The notes: generated by a model from the sequence alone, not told the origin. A DNA stretch of 64,000 nt from an uncultured delta proteobacterium (GCA_963841435.1 CAWJCS010000003.1:896001-960000); one strand, 5' to 3'; counted from the first letter of the stretch, positions 20,378 to 30,653 are shown. Translations and numbers: made by a program.

Positions 20378-21148
20378 ATGGCAAGAAATCCCTTCGACGA
20401 CGATCCGGACGTCGCGGCGATGCGCTCGATGCGGCCGCGCTCCGGTCCGACCTCCTGGGGCCGCGTGCTGTTCGGCGTGCTCGTCGTGGTAAGCGGCACG
20501 TTCGGCTTCGCCTATTACCTACCGCTCTACCGGGCGCACGCCGCCCTCGTGAGCGATCATGCGCGCCTGCGCGGTGAACTCGAAGGAGTCGAGAGCAATC
20601 TCAAACAGACCCGCGAAGAGCTGAAGACGGTGAGCGAGCGCAAGGACGAGCTGCAAGCCGAGCACGAAAAGGTCGAGGCTGCCGCCAAGTCGCAGAGCGC
20701 GGGGGCCCAGTCTCTGCGCGACAAGTTGCTCGACGCGCTCGACAAGCCCGAAAAGAAGAAGCAAGCGATGGTGGGCCTCGACGACGCGGGCGTGCGCGTG
20801 GCGCTCGCCTCGAGCTTTCTGTTCTCGACCGGCAAGATCGACGTGAGCTCCTCGGGGCGCGCCGCGCTCTGCGAGCTCGCGAAAAGCAGCGGCTCGGCGA
20901 CGCTCAACGTCTCGGGCGTCGCCACGGACGACGACGTGCCCGCGCTCTTGAAATCCAAGCTGCCCAGCGCCTGGGCGTACACGGGCGCCGCGGCAGCGAG
21001 TGTCGCCGAGACGCTGGAATCGAAATGTCAGGTGCCGCGCGGGCGCCTGCGGCTCGGCAGCGTTCCGGGCGGCAGCGCGGCTTTCGCCGGGCAGAGCCCG
21101 CCGTCACCCCGCGTCGAGATCGTCGTCGGCACCGCCAAGAAATCCTGA
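20378..21148 (+). CDS. Membrane-anchored coiled-coil protein with degenerate OmpA/MotB-like C-terminal domain
   Basis: N-terminal TM segment, coiled coil, LASSFLFSTGK..GRAAL, terminal PRVEIVV. Confidence 0.7.
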   Translation: MARNPFDDDPDVAAMRSMRPRSGPTSWGRVLFGVLVVVSGTFGFAYYLPLYRAHAALVSDHARLRGELEGVESNLKQTREELKTVSERKDELQAEHEKVEAAAKSQSAGAQSLRDKLLDALDKPEKKKQAMVGLDDAGVRVALASSFLFSTGKIDVSSSGRAALCELAKSSGSATLNVSGVATDDDVPALLKSKLPSAWAYTGAAAASVAETLESKCQVPRGRLRLGSVPGGSAAFAGQSPPSPRVEIVVGTAKKS

Positions 21149-21188
21149 CCGCGCCCGCGTGCGGCGTGGGCCCGCGCCCAACGCGAGA

Positions 21189-22283
21189 CTAGAGCGCGTC
21201 GTCGCGCCCGAGCCGCTCGAGCTCGGCGACGATCGCGCGCACGTCCTGCGAGCGGTCGCGGGGCACGATGAGCAGCGCGTCGTCCGTCTCGACGACGCAC
21301 AGGTTGTCGATGCCGAGCGCAGCGACGAGCCGGCGGCGCCGGCCGCTCGTGAGGTCGAAAAACAGGTTGTTCTTGGACTCGAGCGCGAGGGCGTGGCCGT
21401 GGCTCGCGTTGCCGGCGGCGTCCTTCTCCGCGAGCTCCCAGGCGCTCTCCCAGCTACCGAGGTCGGTCCAGCCAATCGACGCCGGCACCACCAGGAAGCT
21501 TTCGAGCTTCTCCATCACCCCCACGTCGATGCTCACGCGCGGCAGAGCCTCGAACACGCGACGCGTCTCGGCGGTTTCGCGCTCCGGTCCCAACTTCGCC
21601 GCCTGCTCGATGGAGCGAAGGCCCGCGGCGAGCTCCGGGAGGTGGCGTTCGATCGCCGCCAGCATCGCGTCGGCGCGGAAGATGAACATGCCCGCGTTCC
21701 AGACGTGGCGGCCGCCCTGCCTGTAACGCTCGGCGGTCGCGAGATCGGGCTTCTCGGCGAAGGAAACCCCCTGGCGCACGCCGGGCGACACGCTCTCGCC
21801 GACTGCGACGTAGCCGTAGCCGGTCTCCGCGCGCGTCGGCTCGATGCCGATCGTGACGACGCGACCCGTGGACGCCGCGTCGAGAGCGACGCGCAGCACC
21901 TCGCGAAACGCCCCGACATCGGCGATGTGGTGGTCGCTCGGCAAAACGACGATGCGCGCCTCCGGATCACGCCGGTGGACGAGGGAGGTGGCCCAGCCGA
22001 TGCACGCGGCGGTGTTGCGCGGCATGGGCTCACCGAGAAAGGCGCTGTCCGGCAGCTCGGGGAGCGCCGCGCGCGTCGCGGAGACGAGGTCCGCTCCCGT
22101 GGCGATGACCACGTGATCGTCGTCCATCAGCGGTCGGATCCGCGCGACGGTGGCGCCAATGAGCGGGAGGTCCTCGCTCGGTCCCAGCGGCAAGAGCTGC
22201 TTCGGACGCGCCCTGCGCGACGCCGGCCAGAACCGCGTGCCGCTGCCGCCGGCGAGGATCACGGCGTGAGCGTGCGGAATCAC
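21189..22283 (-). CDS. manC: Mannose-1-phosphate guanylyltransferase
   Basis: VILAGGSGTRFWPASR..PKQ, EPMPRNTA, LPSDH, ETGYGY, FAEKP, WNAGMF, SIDVGVMEK, WTDLGSW. Confidence 0.93.
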   Translation of the reverse strand: MIPHAHAVILAGGSGTRFWPASRRARPKQLLPLGPSEDLPLIGATVARIRPLMDDDHVVIATGADLVSATRAALPELPDSAFLGEPMPRNTAACIGWATSLVHRRDPEARIVVLPSDHHIADVGAFREVLRVALDAASTGRVVTIGIEPTRAETGYGYVAVGESVSPGVRQGVSFAEKPDLATAERYRQGGRHVWNAGMFIFRADAMLAAIERHLPELAAGLRSIEQAAKLGPERETAETRRVFEALPRVSIDVGVMEKLESFLVVPASIGWTDLGSWESAWELAEKDAAGNASHGHALALESKNNLFFDLTSGRRRRLVAALGIDNLCVVETDDALLIVPRDRSQDVRAIVAELERLGRDDAL

Positions 22284-22368
22284 CGGGCCCCCCGTAGCAC
22301 GGGATGGCGGCCCGGGCAGCGCTCGATCGCCCCGGGGCCGCGGACCGCGTGGAATTTCAGCCGTGGGC

Positions 22369-22950
22369 TCACGCGGGCTCGTCGCCGTCGGCCTCGGCTT
22401 CGGCGTCGTCCGGCAGCTCGTCGAGCCCGGTGCCGCCGCGCACGGGGATGGCGCGAGCGTGCCCCACCTTCTCGAGCGCGCTAGCGAGCTTGTCACGGTC
22501 GCTCACCTCGGGAAGGTACGCCCGGGTGCCGTCCCAGAGCTCGAGCACGATCGAGCGCTGGCCGTCGAGCAGGATGCGATCGATCTGCGCCCACTTGTAA
22601 CGCTTCGTGCGGGGGATGCCGAGCGAGACGACATCGCGAAACTCGAGACCATCGCCCCGGATGCGGACGCCGCGCATGCTCGTCTTCACGATCGAGGAGA
22701 CGGCCCCGAGCACGAGCAGCGCAGCGACGGCCCGCGCGCCGATGAAGCCGCGCAGGCTCCGCTCCACCACCTGGTGGTAGAGAAACGTGCCCGCTGGCGC
22801 CCGTTCCCCGAGGAAGACGAGCACCACGGCGGCGATCGCGACGCCCAGGTACACGAGCGACGGGAGGTGGGTCACGAACGGCGGACCGAAGACGGTCTCG
22901 GCGGGCCGATACGTCATGTCGAAGCCCGGCGGGCGCGACGGGCGAGCCAT
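22369..22950 (-). CDS. Two-TM membrane protein with PH-like C-terminal domain
   Basis: Two hydrophobic segments followed by GVRIRGDGLEF and YKWAQIDRI. Confidence 0.7.
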   Translation of the reverse strand: MARPSRPPGFDMTYRPAETVFGPPFVTHLPSLVYLGVAIAAVVLVFLGERAPAGTFLYHQVVERSLRGFIGARAVAALLVLGAVSSIVKTSMRGVRIRGDGLEFRDVVSLGIPRTKRYKWAQIDRILLDGQRSIVLELWDGTRAYLPEVSDRDKLASALEKVGHARAIPVRGGTGLDELPDDAEAEADGDEPA

Positions 22951-23024
22951 GTGCAATGGACCCTAACGTCCGGCTCTGCCTTTGGGTAGCTCGACGACGA
23001 TCGTGGTACTCAAGCGATACCGCC

Positions 23025-23573
23025 ATGCCGACCATCGTGAGTCGCCGTGCCGCGCGCGCGCCCGAGCTCGACGCCCGTCGGGTGCGCGTGCTCGGCGATC
23101 GCATGCTCGGCGCCCTGGATCTCGGCGACGCCGAGCTCAGCGTCCACCTAGTGGATGACTTTACGATCCAGGTGCTCAACCGGGATTACCGTAAGAAGGA
23201 CGCCCCCACCGACGTGCTCGCGTTCCCCCTGTCCGCGCGGCGCGGCGCCCCCCGGGACGCGCCGCGGCTACTCGGGGACGTCGTGATTTCCCTGCCTACC
23301 GCGCTCCGACAGGCCCGCTCCCGAAAGCGTGCGCTCTTGCCCGAGGTCCGCTTCCTGCTCGCCCACGGCCTTCTGCACCTCGTGGGCTACGACCACGGAA
23401 CGCCGAGCCAGAAGCGGGAAATGGACCGTGAGACACGACGCCTCGTCCGCGCGGCGTCACCGTCGCGGTCGGGCAGCGCAACCCGCTCCCGGGGTCGGAT
23501 GCCCCCACCCAACAGGCCCGCCAGTAAGCGCGCTAGATCCCGGAAACTTCCTTCGAAATCGCGCCTAACCTAG
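23025..23573 (+). CDS. ybeY: rRNA maturation endoribonuclease YbeY
   Basis: LNRDYRKKDAPTDVLAF, LGDVVIS, HGLLHLVGYDH. Confidence 0.95.
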   Translation: MPTIVSRRAARAPELDARRVRVLGDRMLGALDLGDAELSVHLVDDFTIQVLNRDYRKKDAPTDVLAFPLSARRGAPRDAPRLLGDVVISLPTALRQARSRKRALLPEVRFLLAHGLLHLVGYDHGTPSQKREMDRETRRLVRAASPSRSGSATRSRGRMPPPNRPASKRARSRKLPSKSRLT

Positions 23574-23736
23574 CGGTTTCAGGGCAGATTGCAGTATTGC
23601 GAGCTACCGACCGACGAGCCAGCAGGAAACAAGGGACGATGCAAAGTGGCTCGCCGGATCCAGCGTACATGCTGCTACCCGGGCACCCCCTCCGTCCCGT
23701 TATGCATAAAAAAAGCTCTAAGGGAGCTTTTCTCTC

Positions 23737-23766
23737 TTGAATACCCATGGACTCCCCTGGTATCCG
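23737..23766 (+). promoter_or_regulatory. Possible sigma70-type promoter for the HU gene
   Basis: TTGAAT-N18-TATCCG in an AT-rich intergenic region, preceded by the inverted repeat AAAAGCTC/GAGCTTTT (23711-23731). Confidence 0.35.
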
Positions 23767-23878
23767 TGCCGGTGCCTGGTTGACGAAGCCACCGGCCCCA
23801 GAAAAAGGGGCGGATCGGCGACTGCGACCTGGTGGGTCGGTAACGGGAAACACTGGATTTGCGTACAGGAGGACTGGC

Positions 23879-24190
23879 ATGGCAGGCAAGAGGCTGACGA
23901 AGGCTCAGGTGATCGCTGAGCTCGCTGGTGCGACGGATCTCGACAAAAAAAGCGTGGCGCGCGTGTTCGAAGGGCTTTCGGATCTGATCCGCAAGCAGCT
24001 TTCGGTGCGCGGACCGGGTGAATTCGTGGTGCCGGGGCTGGTCAAGCTCCGCGTCGTGAAGAAGCCCGCGACCAAGGAACGCCAGGGCATCAATCCCTTC
24101 ACGAAGGAGCCCATCACGATTCCGGCGAAGCCCGCGAGCAAGAAGGTGCGGGCGACCGCCCTCAAGGCCCTCAAGGATCTCGTTCAGTAA
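23879..24190 (+). CDS. hup: HU/IHF family DNA-binding protein
   Basis: AGGAGG RBS; LTKAQVIAELA, PGLVKL, RQGINPFTKEPITIPAK. Confidence 0.93.
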   Translation: MAGKRLTKAQVIAELAGATDLDKKSVARVFEGLSDLIRKQLSVRGPGEFVVPGLVKLRVVKKPATKERQGINPFTKEPITIPAKPASKKVRATALKALKDLVQ

Positions 24191-24220
24191 AGAACCGAGA
24201 GTCCAAAGGGACACGAGAGT

Positions 24221-24257
24221 CCCCGGCGCCCCTGTGGCGACCGGGGATTTTCGTTTT
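24221..24257 (+). terminator. Intrinsic terminator
   Basis: CCCCGG-CGCC..GGCG-A-CCGGGG stem followed by ATTTTCGTTTT, downstream of the HU gene. Confidence 0.7.
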
Positions 24258-24289
24258 GTAGCCCTGGCTCGCGACGCGCGGCGGGAGCG

Positions 24290-25099
24290 TCAGAAGTAGA
24301 ACGTCGCGCCGGCTCGAAAGAGGCCGCCCGCCGAGCCGTTCGTCGCCAGGTGCGTGCTCGGGTCGACGAACTCGGGATCGCCGTGGGGGCTGTCGGTGCG
24401 GTAGCGCGCGAGCGCGACGAGGTCGGCGCCGATCGCCGCTCGACGCACGATCCGCCACTCGACACCGAGGCCACCCTGCACGCCGGCGTGCGTGTAGCTC
24501 GCGTCGTACGCAGAGACGGCAAGGCCCCCGTAGCGATGCACGCGCACCCACGACTGACTGAGCGCGACGCCACCGAGCAGGTACACCTGCACCGGGTCCC
24601 CGGGGTTCACGAACAAAAGGGCGTTGCCGACGAAAGCGCGCTCCGAGCGGTGGTTACCCGCATAGTCTTTGCCACCGACGAAATCGAAGCCCACGTCGGC
24701 CGCGAACGGTGGGAGCGGTCGAAAGCGGAACGCGACGCCGAGGCCGGCCATGCCCGCGCCGCTCGCGGCCCCGCTGCCGAGCAGCGCTCCGTCGAAGTGC
24801 AAGTTGAAACCGTATTCGCGGCGCGGGCGGTGGTGGCGGTGCCGCGAACGGGGCTCGGGCGGCACGTCGAAGTGCATTTCGTCTTCGGCGCCGTCCGAGG
24901 CGACGCTCGCCGGTGGCTCGGGCGCCTCGTCGAGAGGCGTCGCCTTGGGGGGCGGCGCGAGAGGCTCGGCGGGTGGCGGCTCGGCTGGAGCCTCACCGTC
25001 GTCGCAAAACCAGCCGTCGGGACAAGAGTCTGCCGCCCACACCACCCGGGGCAGCACGCCGAGCGCGGCAATCAGGACGGCAACACGACGCACCAGCAT
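24290..25099 (-). CDS. Outer-membrane beta-barrel protein
   Basis: Signal peptide, CPDGWFC motif, Pro-rich linker, amphipathic strands, terminal ATFYF. Confidence 0.75.
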   Translation of the reverse strand: MLVRRVAVLIAALGVLPRVVWAADSCPDGWFCDDGEAPAEPPPAEPLAPPPKATPLDEAPEPPASVASDGAEDEMHFDVPPEPRSRHRHHRPRREYGFNLHFDGALLGSGAASGAGMAGLGVAFRFRPLPPFAADVGFDFVGGKDYAGNHRSERAFVGNALLFVNPGDPVQVYLLGGVALSQSWVRVHRYGGLAVSAYDASYTHAGVQGGLGVEWRIVRRAAIGADLVALARYRTDSPHGDPEFVDPSTHLATNGSAGGLFRAGATFYF

Positions 25100-25155
25100 G
25101 CCGTCGAACAAAGGTAGCACGCTCGAGCGCGGCCGACGTGGTAGGCAAGGCCCCA

Positions 25156-26344
25156 ATGGGCGCCGTGATTCTCAAGGCCGGCCACGTTCAGCCGGTTTGG
25201 GCCGGGCACCCGTGGGTGTTCGCGCAGGCGATCGAGCGCGTCGAGGGCGGCGTCAGTGCCGGCGACGACGTCGAGGTGCTCGATCCGCGCGGGCAGGCGC
25301 TCGGGCGCGGGCTCTACTCGCCGGGCTCCGCGATCCCCGTGCGCATCTACACGCGCGACCGCACGCGCGCCATCGACGGCGCGCTGCTCGCCGAGCGCAT
25401 CGAGCGCGCCGTCCGGCGTCGCGCGCGGCTCGGACTGCCAGGCCCCGACACCGACGCGTATCGGCTGGTCCACGCCGAGGGCGACGAGGTACCGGGGCTC
25501 ATCGTCGATCGCTTCGGGTCGGTGCTGAGCATCCAGATCGGAACGCTCGGGCTCAAGCAGCGCGAAGCCGCCATTCTCGAAGCGCTCTCGAAGCTCGAGC
25601 CGAAGGCGATCGTCGATCGCACGCCGGAGCGCGCCGCCAAGAGCGAGGGCTTCGAGGCGCGCTCGGGCGTAATCCGCGGCGACACAACACTCGACGCATT
25701 TTCGTTTCGCGAGCGCGGCCTCACCTTTCGCATTCCACTCGAGCTCGGACAGAAGACTGGCTTCTATCTCGACCAGCGCCCGCTGCGCGCGCGCATCGAA
25801 GAGCTCGCGCGCGACCGCAGCGTGCTCGACGCGTTCTGTTACGTCGGCGCTATCGCGCTCGGGGCCGCGCGCGGCGGCGCCGCCTCCGTCGAGGCCGTCG
25901 ACATGAGCGCGCTCGCCGTCGAGGTGGGTGCCGAATGCGCGGCGGAAAACGGCCTTTCGGAGCGCATTCACTTCGAGCGCGGCGACGCCCACGAGGCGCT
26001 CGCCCACGTCGGACGCAAGGGCGGAGTTGACCTCGTGATTCTGCGATCCGCCGAAGCTTGCGCCGAGCCGGGCGGCGCGCACCCGAGCACTCGACATGAT
26101 GAGGCGGCTCGCGGGCGCCGGCACACGCGCGACCAAGCCGGGCGGGCTCTTCGTGCTCTGCTCGTGCTCCGCCTCGATCGGCTTTCCCGAGCTCACGCGC
26201 GCGCTCGCGCTCGGCGCGCGCGACGTGGGCGCTCGCGCGACCATTCTCGAGCGCTTCACACAAGGCCCCGATCACCCCGTGCCCGCCGCCTTCCCCGAGG
26301 GGCTCTACCTCACCTCGGTGATCGCCGAGATTGACGTGGAGTAG
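25156..26344 (+). CDS. rlmI: 23S rRNA m5C1962 methyltransferase-like protein; +1 frameshift at about 26039
   Basis: GHPWVF, HAEGDEVPGLIVDRF, GQKTGFYLDQR, VLDAFCYVG; DPPK and CSCS..DHPV..FPEGLYL in the next frame. Confidence 0.9.
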
Positions 26345-26352
26345 GCCCGCGG

Positions 26353-27132
26353 ATGCGGCCGCTCACCGCGCTCACCGGCGACGAGGCGCGCGCTCTCACG
26401 GGCCTCTTGTTCGATCTCGACGACACGTTGCTCGACCACGGGCGGCTCGGCGAAAATGCGTACTCGGCGCTCTTCCGGCTGCGCGAGGCGCGACTCTCGC
26501 TCTACGTCGTGACGGGGCGGCCGCTCGGCTGGGTGCGACTGCTGGCGCGCCTCTTCCCCATCGACGGCGGCGTCGCAGAGAACGGCGGCGCGCTCGTGGG
26601 GCCGGGCGGCGACTTCATCGACAGCGTGCCGCCCGGCGTGCGCGCCGAGCGCCGGGCGCGGCTCGCGTCACTCGTGCGCGAGCTCGGCGAGGCATTCGTC
26701 GAGCTCGCGCCGCCCGACGACGTGGGCGAGCGGCTCACCGACTACACGTTCGACGTCGGCGAGCGCCGCGCGGTCCCACGCGAGACGATCGAGCGCGTCA
26801 CGGCGTTCGCCCGCGAACGCGGCGCCGTCGTTCACGTGTCGAGCGTGCACCTTCACGTGGGGTTCGACGCCGTCGACAAGGCGTCCGGCGCCGTGCGGCT
26901 GCTCTCGAAGCTCGCCGGCGTCGATCCCACGGCGGCGCTCGCGCGCTATGCGTTCGTGGGCGACAGCGAAAACGACGCGGCCTGCTTCGCTGCCTTCAAG
27001 ACGACGTTCGGCGTCGCGAACCTGCGTGGTCGCCCGACCCTCATGCCCCGCTACCTCACGAGCGCGCCCCGAGGCGCAGGCTTCGCCGAGCTTTCACGCA
27101 CGCTCGGCGCGCTCCGGGCCTCGTCGGAGTGA
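26353..27132 (+). CDS. HAD superfamily IIB hydrolase
   Basis: FDLDDTL, VTGR, AENGG, DK, FVGDSEND. Confidence 0.9.
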   Translation: MRPLTALTGDEARALTGLLFDLDDTLLDHGRLGENAYSALFRLREARLSLYVVTGRPLGWVRLLARLFPIDGGVAENGGALVGPGGDFIDSVPPGVRAERRARLASLVRELGEAFVELAPPDDVGERLTDYTFDVGERRAVPRETIERVTAFARERGAVVHVSSVHLHVGFDAVDKASGAVRLLSKLAGVDPTAALARYAFVGDSENDAACFAAFKTTFGVANLRGRPTLMPRYLTSAPRGAGFAELSRTLGALRASSE

Positions 27133-27150
27133 CGGGCCTCGTCGGAGTGA
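27115..27150. repeat. Exact 18-bp tandem duplication spanning the HAD stop codon
   Basis: CGGGCCTCGTCGGAGTGA at 27115 and 27133. Confidence 0.9.
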
Positions 27151-27183
27151 CGGCCCTTGGGCGGGGTGCTATTGGAGCGCGCC

Positions 27184-28395
27184 ATGAGCGCCTCCCAAGC
27201 CGAGCTCGTCGCCCTGGGGCAAGAGCACCTCTACCCGAACTACCGCCAGGCCCCGATGGTCCTTGCGCGCGGGCGAGGCGCCGTGCTCTTCGACCTCGAA
27301 GGTAAGCGCTACCTCGACATGGTGGCGGGCATTGCCGTGAGCGCGCTCGGCCACGCGCACCCGGCGCTCGTGAAAGCCATCGCGGAGCAGGCCGCGCGCG
27401 TCATCCACACCTCGAATTACTATTACAACGAGCCCAACGTCCGACTCGCCGCGAAGCTCTGCGGGCTCACCGGTATGGACCGCGCGTTTTTCTGCAACTC
27501 CGGCACCGAGGCGATCGAGGCGAGCCTCAAGCTCGTCCGGCGCCATTTTTATGCACGCGGCGAGACCGAGCGTTACGAGGTCATCGCGTTCGAGAACTCG
27601 TTCCACGGTCGCACGCTCGGCGCGCTCGCCGCCACGGGCCAGGAAAAGTACAAGCAGGGCTTCGGTCCGCTGCCGGGCACTCGTCACTTTGCCTATGGTG
27701 ACGTCGAGGGCGTGCGCCGCGCGCTCGGTCCGCGCGTCGCGGCGGTGCTGTTCGAGCCCGTCCAGGGCGAGGGCGGTGTGATCCCGGCGCCGCCCGGCTT
27801 CATCGAGGCGCTTCGCGCGCTGTGCGACGCGAGCGGCGCGCTGCTCGTCGCCGACGAGATCCAGACGGGCATCGGCCGTACCGGCACTTTCCTCGCCTGC
27901 GAAAAGGTCGGCGTGAAGGCCAACGTCGTCGCGCTCGCCAAGGGGCTCGGCGGCGGCGTCCCCATCGGCGCCATCGTTTGCGGCACGAAGCTCGCCGAGG
28001 CGCTGCCGCCCGGCAGCCACGGCTCCACCTTCGGCGGCAACCCGTTGGCGTCGGCGGCGGCGCTCGCCGTGCTCGACGTCCTCGAGAGCGAGCGCCTGCT
28101 CGCGCGCGTCAACGAGCTCGGGGAGCTGCTCGCGCGCCGCCTGGCCGAGCTCGTGGAGCGCCATCCGAAGCTCGCCGTGTCGTCGCGCGGCTCGGGCTTG
28201 CTGCAAGCCCTCGTGCTCGGTAACGACGTGGATCCACGCGCGCTCATCGCGGAGCTCGCACGCCGCGGGCTGCTCCTCAGCGTCGCCGGGGGCACGGCCC
28301 TGCGCTTCACGCCGCCGCTCGTCGTCGAACCGGCCGAGCTCGTCGAGGCGCTCGACATCCTCGACGCGACGCTCGCCGAGCTCGGGAGCAGATGA
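27184..28395 (+). CDS. argD: Acetylornithine aminotransferase (class III PLP-dependent)
   Basis: YLDMVAGIAVSALGHAHP, FCNSGTEA, SFHGRT, EPVQGEGG, DEIQTG, LAKGLGGG, HGSTFGGNP. Confidence 0.93.
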   Translation: MSASQAELVALGQEHLYPNYRQAPMVLARGRGAVLFDLEGKRYLDMVAGIAVSALGHAHPALVKAIAEQAARVIHTSNYYYNEPNVRLAAKLCGLTGMDRAFFCNSGTEAIEASLKLVRRHFYARGETERYEVIAFENSFHGRTLGALAATGQEKYKQGFGPLPGTRHFAYGDVEGVRRALGPRVAAVLFEPVQGEGGVIPAPPGFIEALRALCDASGALLVADEIQTGIGRTGTFLACEKVGVKANVVALAKGLGGGVPIGAIVCGTKLAEALPPGSHGSTFGGNPLASAAALAVLDVLESERLLARVNELGELLARRLAELVERHPKLAVSSRGSGLLQALVLGNDVDPRALIAELARRGLLLSVAGGTALRFTPPLVVEPAELVEALDILDATLAELGSR

Positions 28396-30653
28396 CGCCG
28401 ACGCCGAGCGCCGCGAGCCCCCTCGGCGCCGGTCAGCGCCCCTGCTCGACCTGCGGAACGCCGCTCGATCCGCTGCGGGCCTCGCGCGTCGCGTACGTGC
28501 GCGACCGCTTCCGGTACTTTTGCAGCCCACCCTGCCGCGAGCAGTTCGACGCTGACGCGCGCGCCACGCCGCTGCCCGTGCCGCGCGCACGCGCCCACGA
28601 GTTCTTGGCGAGCGTCCGCTCGAAGGCCGAAAAGGCGGAGAGGGCCGAGCCCGATCGCGCCGTCGCGGAGCGAGCGCTCTTGGACGTGGGCCGACCCGTG
28701 ACGGCGGGCGAGACCATCGGAGCGCTCGTGGCGGAGGGGGCACCCGTCGAGGTCCAGCCGCTGCCCGCCCTGCCGCTCGAGCCGAGGGCGCTCGGCGCGA
28801 GCAACTTGCTGCTTTCGTTGTCGGGGCTCGGGTGTGCGCTCTCGCTCGGGCTCATGCTGGCCGGGGGCTCACGGCTCGTGCTCGGAGCGCGGGTCGTGCT
28901 CGCCGCCGTCGCGTGCGCGGCGCTCGTCACCGAGCGCGCCACGGCGAGCCGCGACGCCACGGAGCTCCATCCCGCGGCGTTCTCGGCGGCGCCCATCGGA
29001 GCCGCGGGGGTCGCCTGGGGAGCTCTCCTCCTCGGCGACCCGCGCACGTCGGACGCCGCGCTGCTAACGGCGGTGGTCGTCGCGCTCGGAGCCCTGTCAA
29101 CGGCGCTCCTGCGGCGCGCGCGCCGCCCCATCGACCTGGCGCGCGAAGGCCTCGTCGCCGCGCTCGACACCGAGTCGCGACGCGTCGTCGAGGACGGCAC
29201 CATCCCGGCGCGGGCGCGTGATCTGCGCCCCGGCGAGGAAATCCTCGTCGAGCCGGGTGACACAGTGCCCGCGGACGGCACCGTCATCGCGGGCAGCGGC
29301 CGCGTCGTGCCGTGGCTCTACGCGAAGACGGCGGAGCCCGTCGGCGAGGGCGATACCGTGCTCGCGGGCGGGCGGCTCACCGACGGCATGCTGCGCGTCG
29401 TCGTTGGCTGGTCGGGCCACGACCGCGCCTTTCTGCGGCTCACGAGCGACCCGCGCCGGCGCGCCGATCTGCTCGCCCCGGTGGCGCGCCTCGGGCGCGC
29501 GTTCGCCGAGCGCGGCGCGCCGCTCGTCACGGGGCTCGCGGCGCTCACGGCCTTCGCGGCGGGCCTCGACGGCGTCGAGATCCTGCTCGTCGCCGTCGCG
29601 GTGCAGGCGGCGTGCGCCCACGGCGTCACGGCGGCGCTCGCGGCACTCCGGGTGTCGAGCGCCGTGCTCGGGTCGCTCAGGCGGGGCGCGGTGTTTCGCA
29701 GCGCCGAGGCGCTCGACCGCGCCGGACACACCTCGCTCGTCGTGTTCTGCGCGCGCGGCACGCTCTTGCTCGGCGAGCCCGAGGTTGCGACGATCGAGGC
29801 GTTCGGCAGCCACGAGCCCGAAGAGGTGCTCGGGCTCGTCGCCGCGGTCGAAGCGGGTGAGCACCACCCCGTGGCGAGCGCCGTGGTGCGAGCGGCGCGC
29901 ACGCGTGGCGTCCGCCCAGACGGCGTGCGCAACGCGCGCGCCCAGCCTGGGCTCGGCGTCACGGCAATCGCGTCGAACGGGCAGCCGCTCGTCGTCGGCA
30001 GCCGCGCGCTGCTCCTGCACGAGCACGTCAGCGTGGCGATGGCCGAGCGCCGCATCCAGGAGCTCGAGTCGATGGGGCAGACCGTGCTGCTCGTCGCGCA
30101 GTCGGGGCGGCTCGCGGGGCTCATCGGCCTTCAAGACGGGCTGCGACCCGGGGCTCGCGCGGCCGTCCAACACCTGCTCGATGCCGGCCTCGAGCCCGCG
30201 CTGCTCTCCGGCGACGCCCGCGAGACCTGCGAGGTCCTCGGCCGCACGCTCGCCATCGACCACGTGCGCCCCGAAATCCCTCCAGCCGAACGCGGCGACG
30301 AGATCCGGCGCCTCGTGGGCGGCGGGGCAACGGTCGCCGTGGTCGGCCAGAGCCCGACCGACGACGCGGCGCTCGCCGCCGCGGACGTAGCGGTCGCGCT
30401 GCGCGCCGCGGGCTCGACCTCGGCCGACTGGGGCCTGCAGCTCGCCACCGACGACGTGCGCGACGCGGCCTACGCGCTGCACGTCGCGCGCGACTGTCTG
30501 CGCCGCGCTCGCGCCGACCTTTTGCTCACGGCGCTGCCCGCGGTCGCGCTTGCCGCCGTGACGGCGCTCGGTCTCTTGCCGACCCCGTGGGTACCGACTC
30601 TCGTCACGGCAAGCGCATTGTTGCGCCTGCGTAAGGCCGCGTCTCTCGGATGA
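28392..30653 (+). CDS. P1B-type ATPase homolog with N-terminal TRASH/YHS-like domain; catalytic motifs degenerate
   Basis: CSTCG..YFCSPPC; LRPGEEILVEPGDTVPADG; VVFCARGTLL in place of DKTGTLT; HHPVA; LSGD; VGQSPTD in place of GDGxND. Confidence 0.85.
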   Translation: MTPTPSAASPLGAGQRPCSTCGTPLDPLRASRVAYVRDRFRYFCSPPCREQFDADARATPLPVPRARAHEFLASVRSKAEKAERAEPDRAVAERALLDVGRPVTAGETIGALVAEGAPVEVQPLPALPLEPRALGASNLLLSLSGLGCALSLGLMLAGGSRLVLGARVVLAAVACAALVTERATASRDATELHPAAFSAAPIGAAGVAWGALLLGDPRTSDAALLTAVVVALGALSTALLRRARRPIDLAREGLVAALDTESRRVVEDGTIPARARDLRPGEEILVEPGDTVPADGTVIAGSGRVVPWLYAKTAEPVGEGDTVLAGGRLTDGMLRVVVGWSGHDRAFLRLTSDPRRRADLLAPVARLGRAFAERGAPLVTGLAALTAFAAGLDGVEILLVAVAVQAACAHGVTAALAALRVSSAVLGSLRRGAVFRSAEALDRAGHTSLVVFCARGTLLLGEPEVATIEAFGSHEPEEVLGLVAAVEAGEHHPVASAVVRAARTRGVRPDGVRNARAQPGLGVTAIASNGQPLVVGSRALLLHEHVSVAMAERRIQELESMGQTVLLVAQSGRLAGLIGLQDGLRPGARAAVQHLLDAGLEPALLSGDARETCEVLGRTLAIDHVRPEIPPAERGDEIRRLVGGGATVAVVGQSPTDDAALAAADVAVALRAAGSTSADWGLQLATDDVRDAAYALHVARDCLRRARADLLLTALPAVALAAVTALGLLPTPWVPTLVTASALLRLRKAASLG

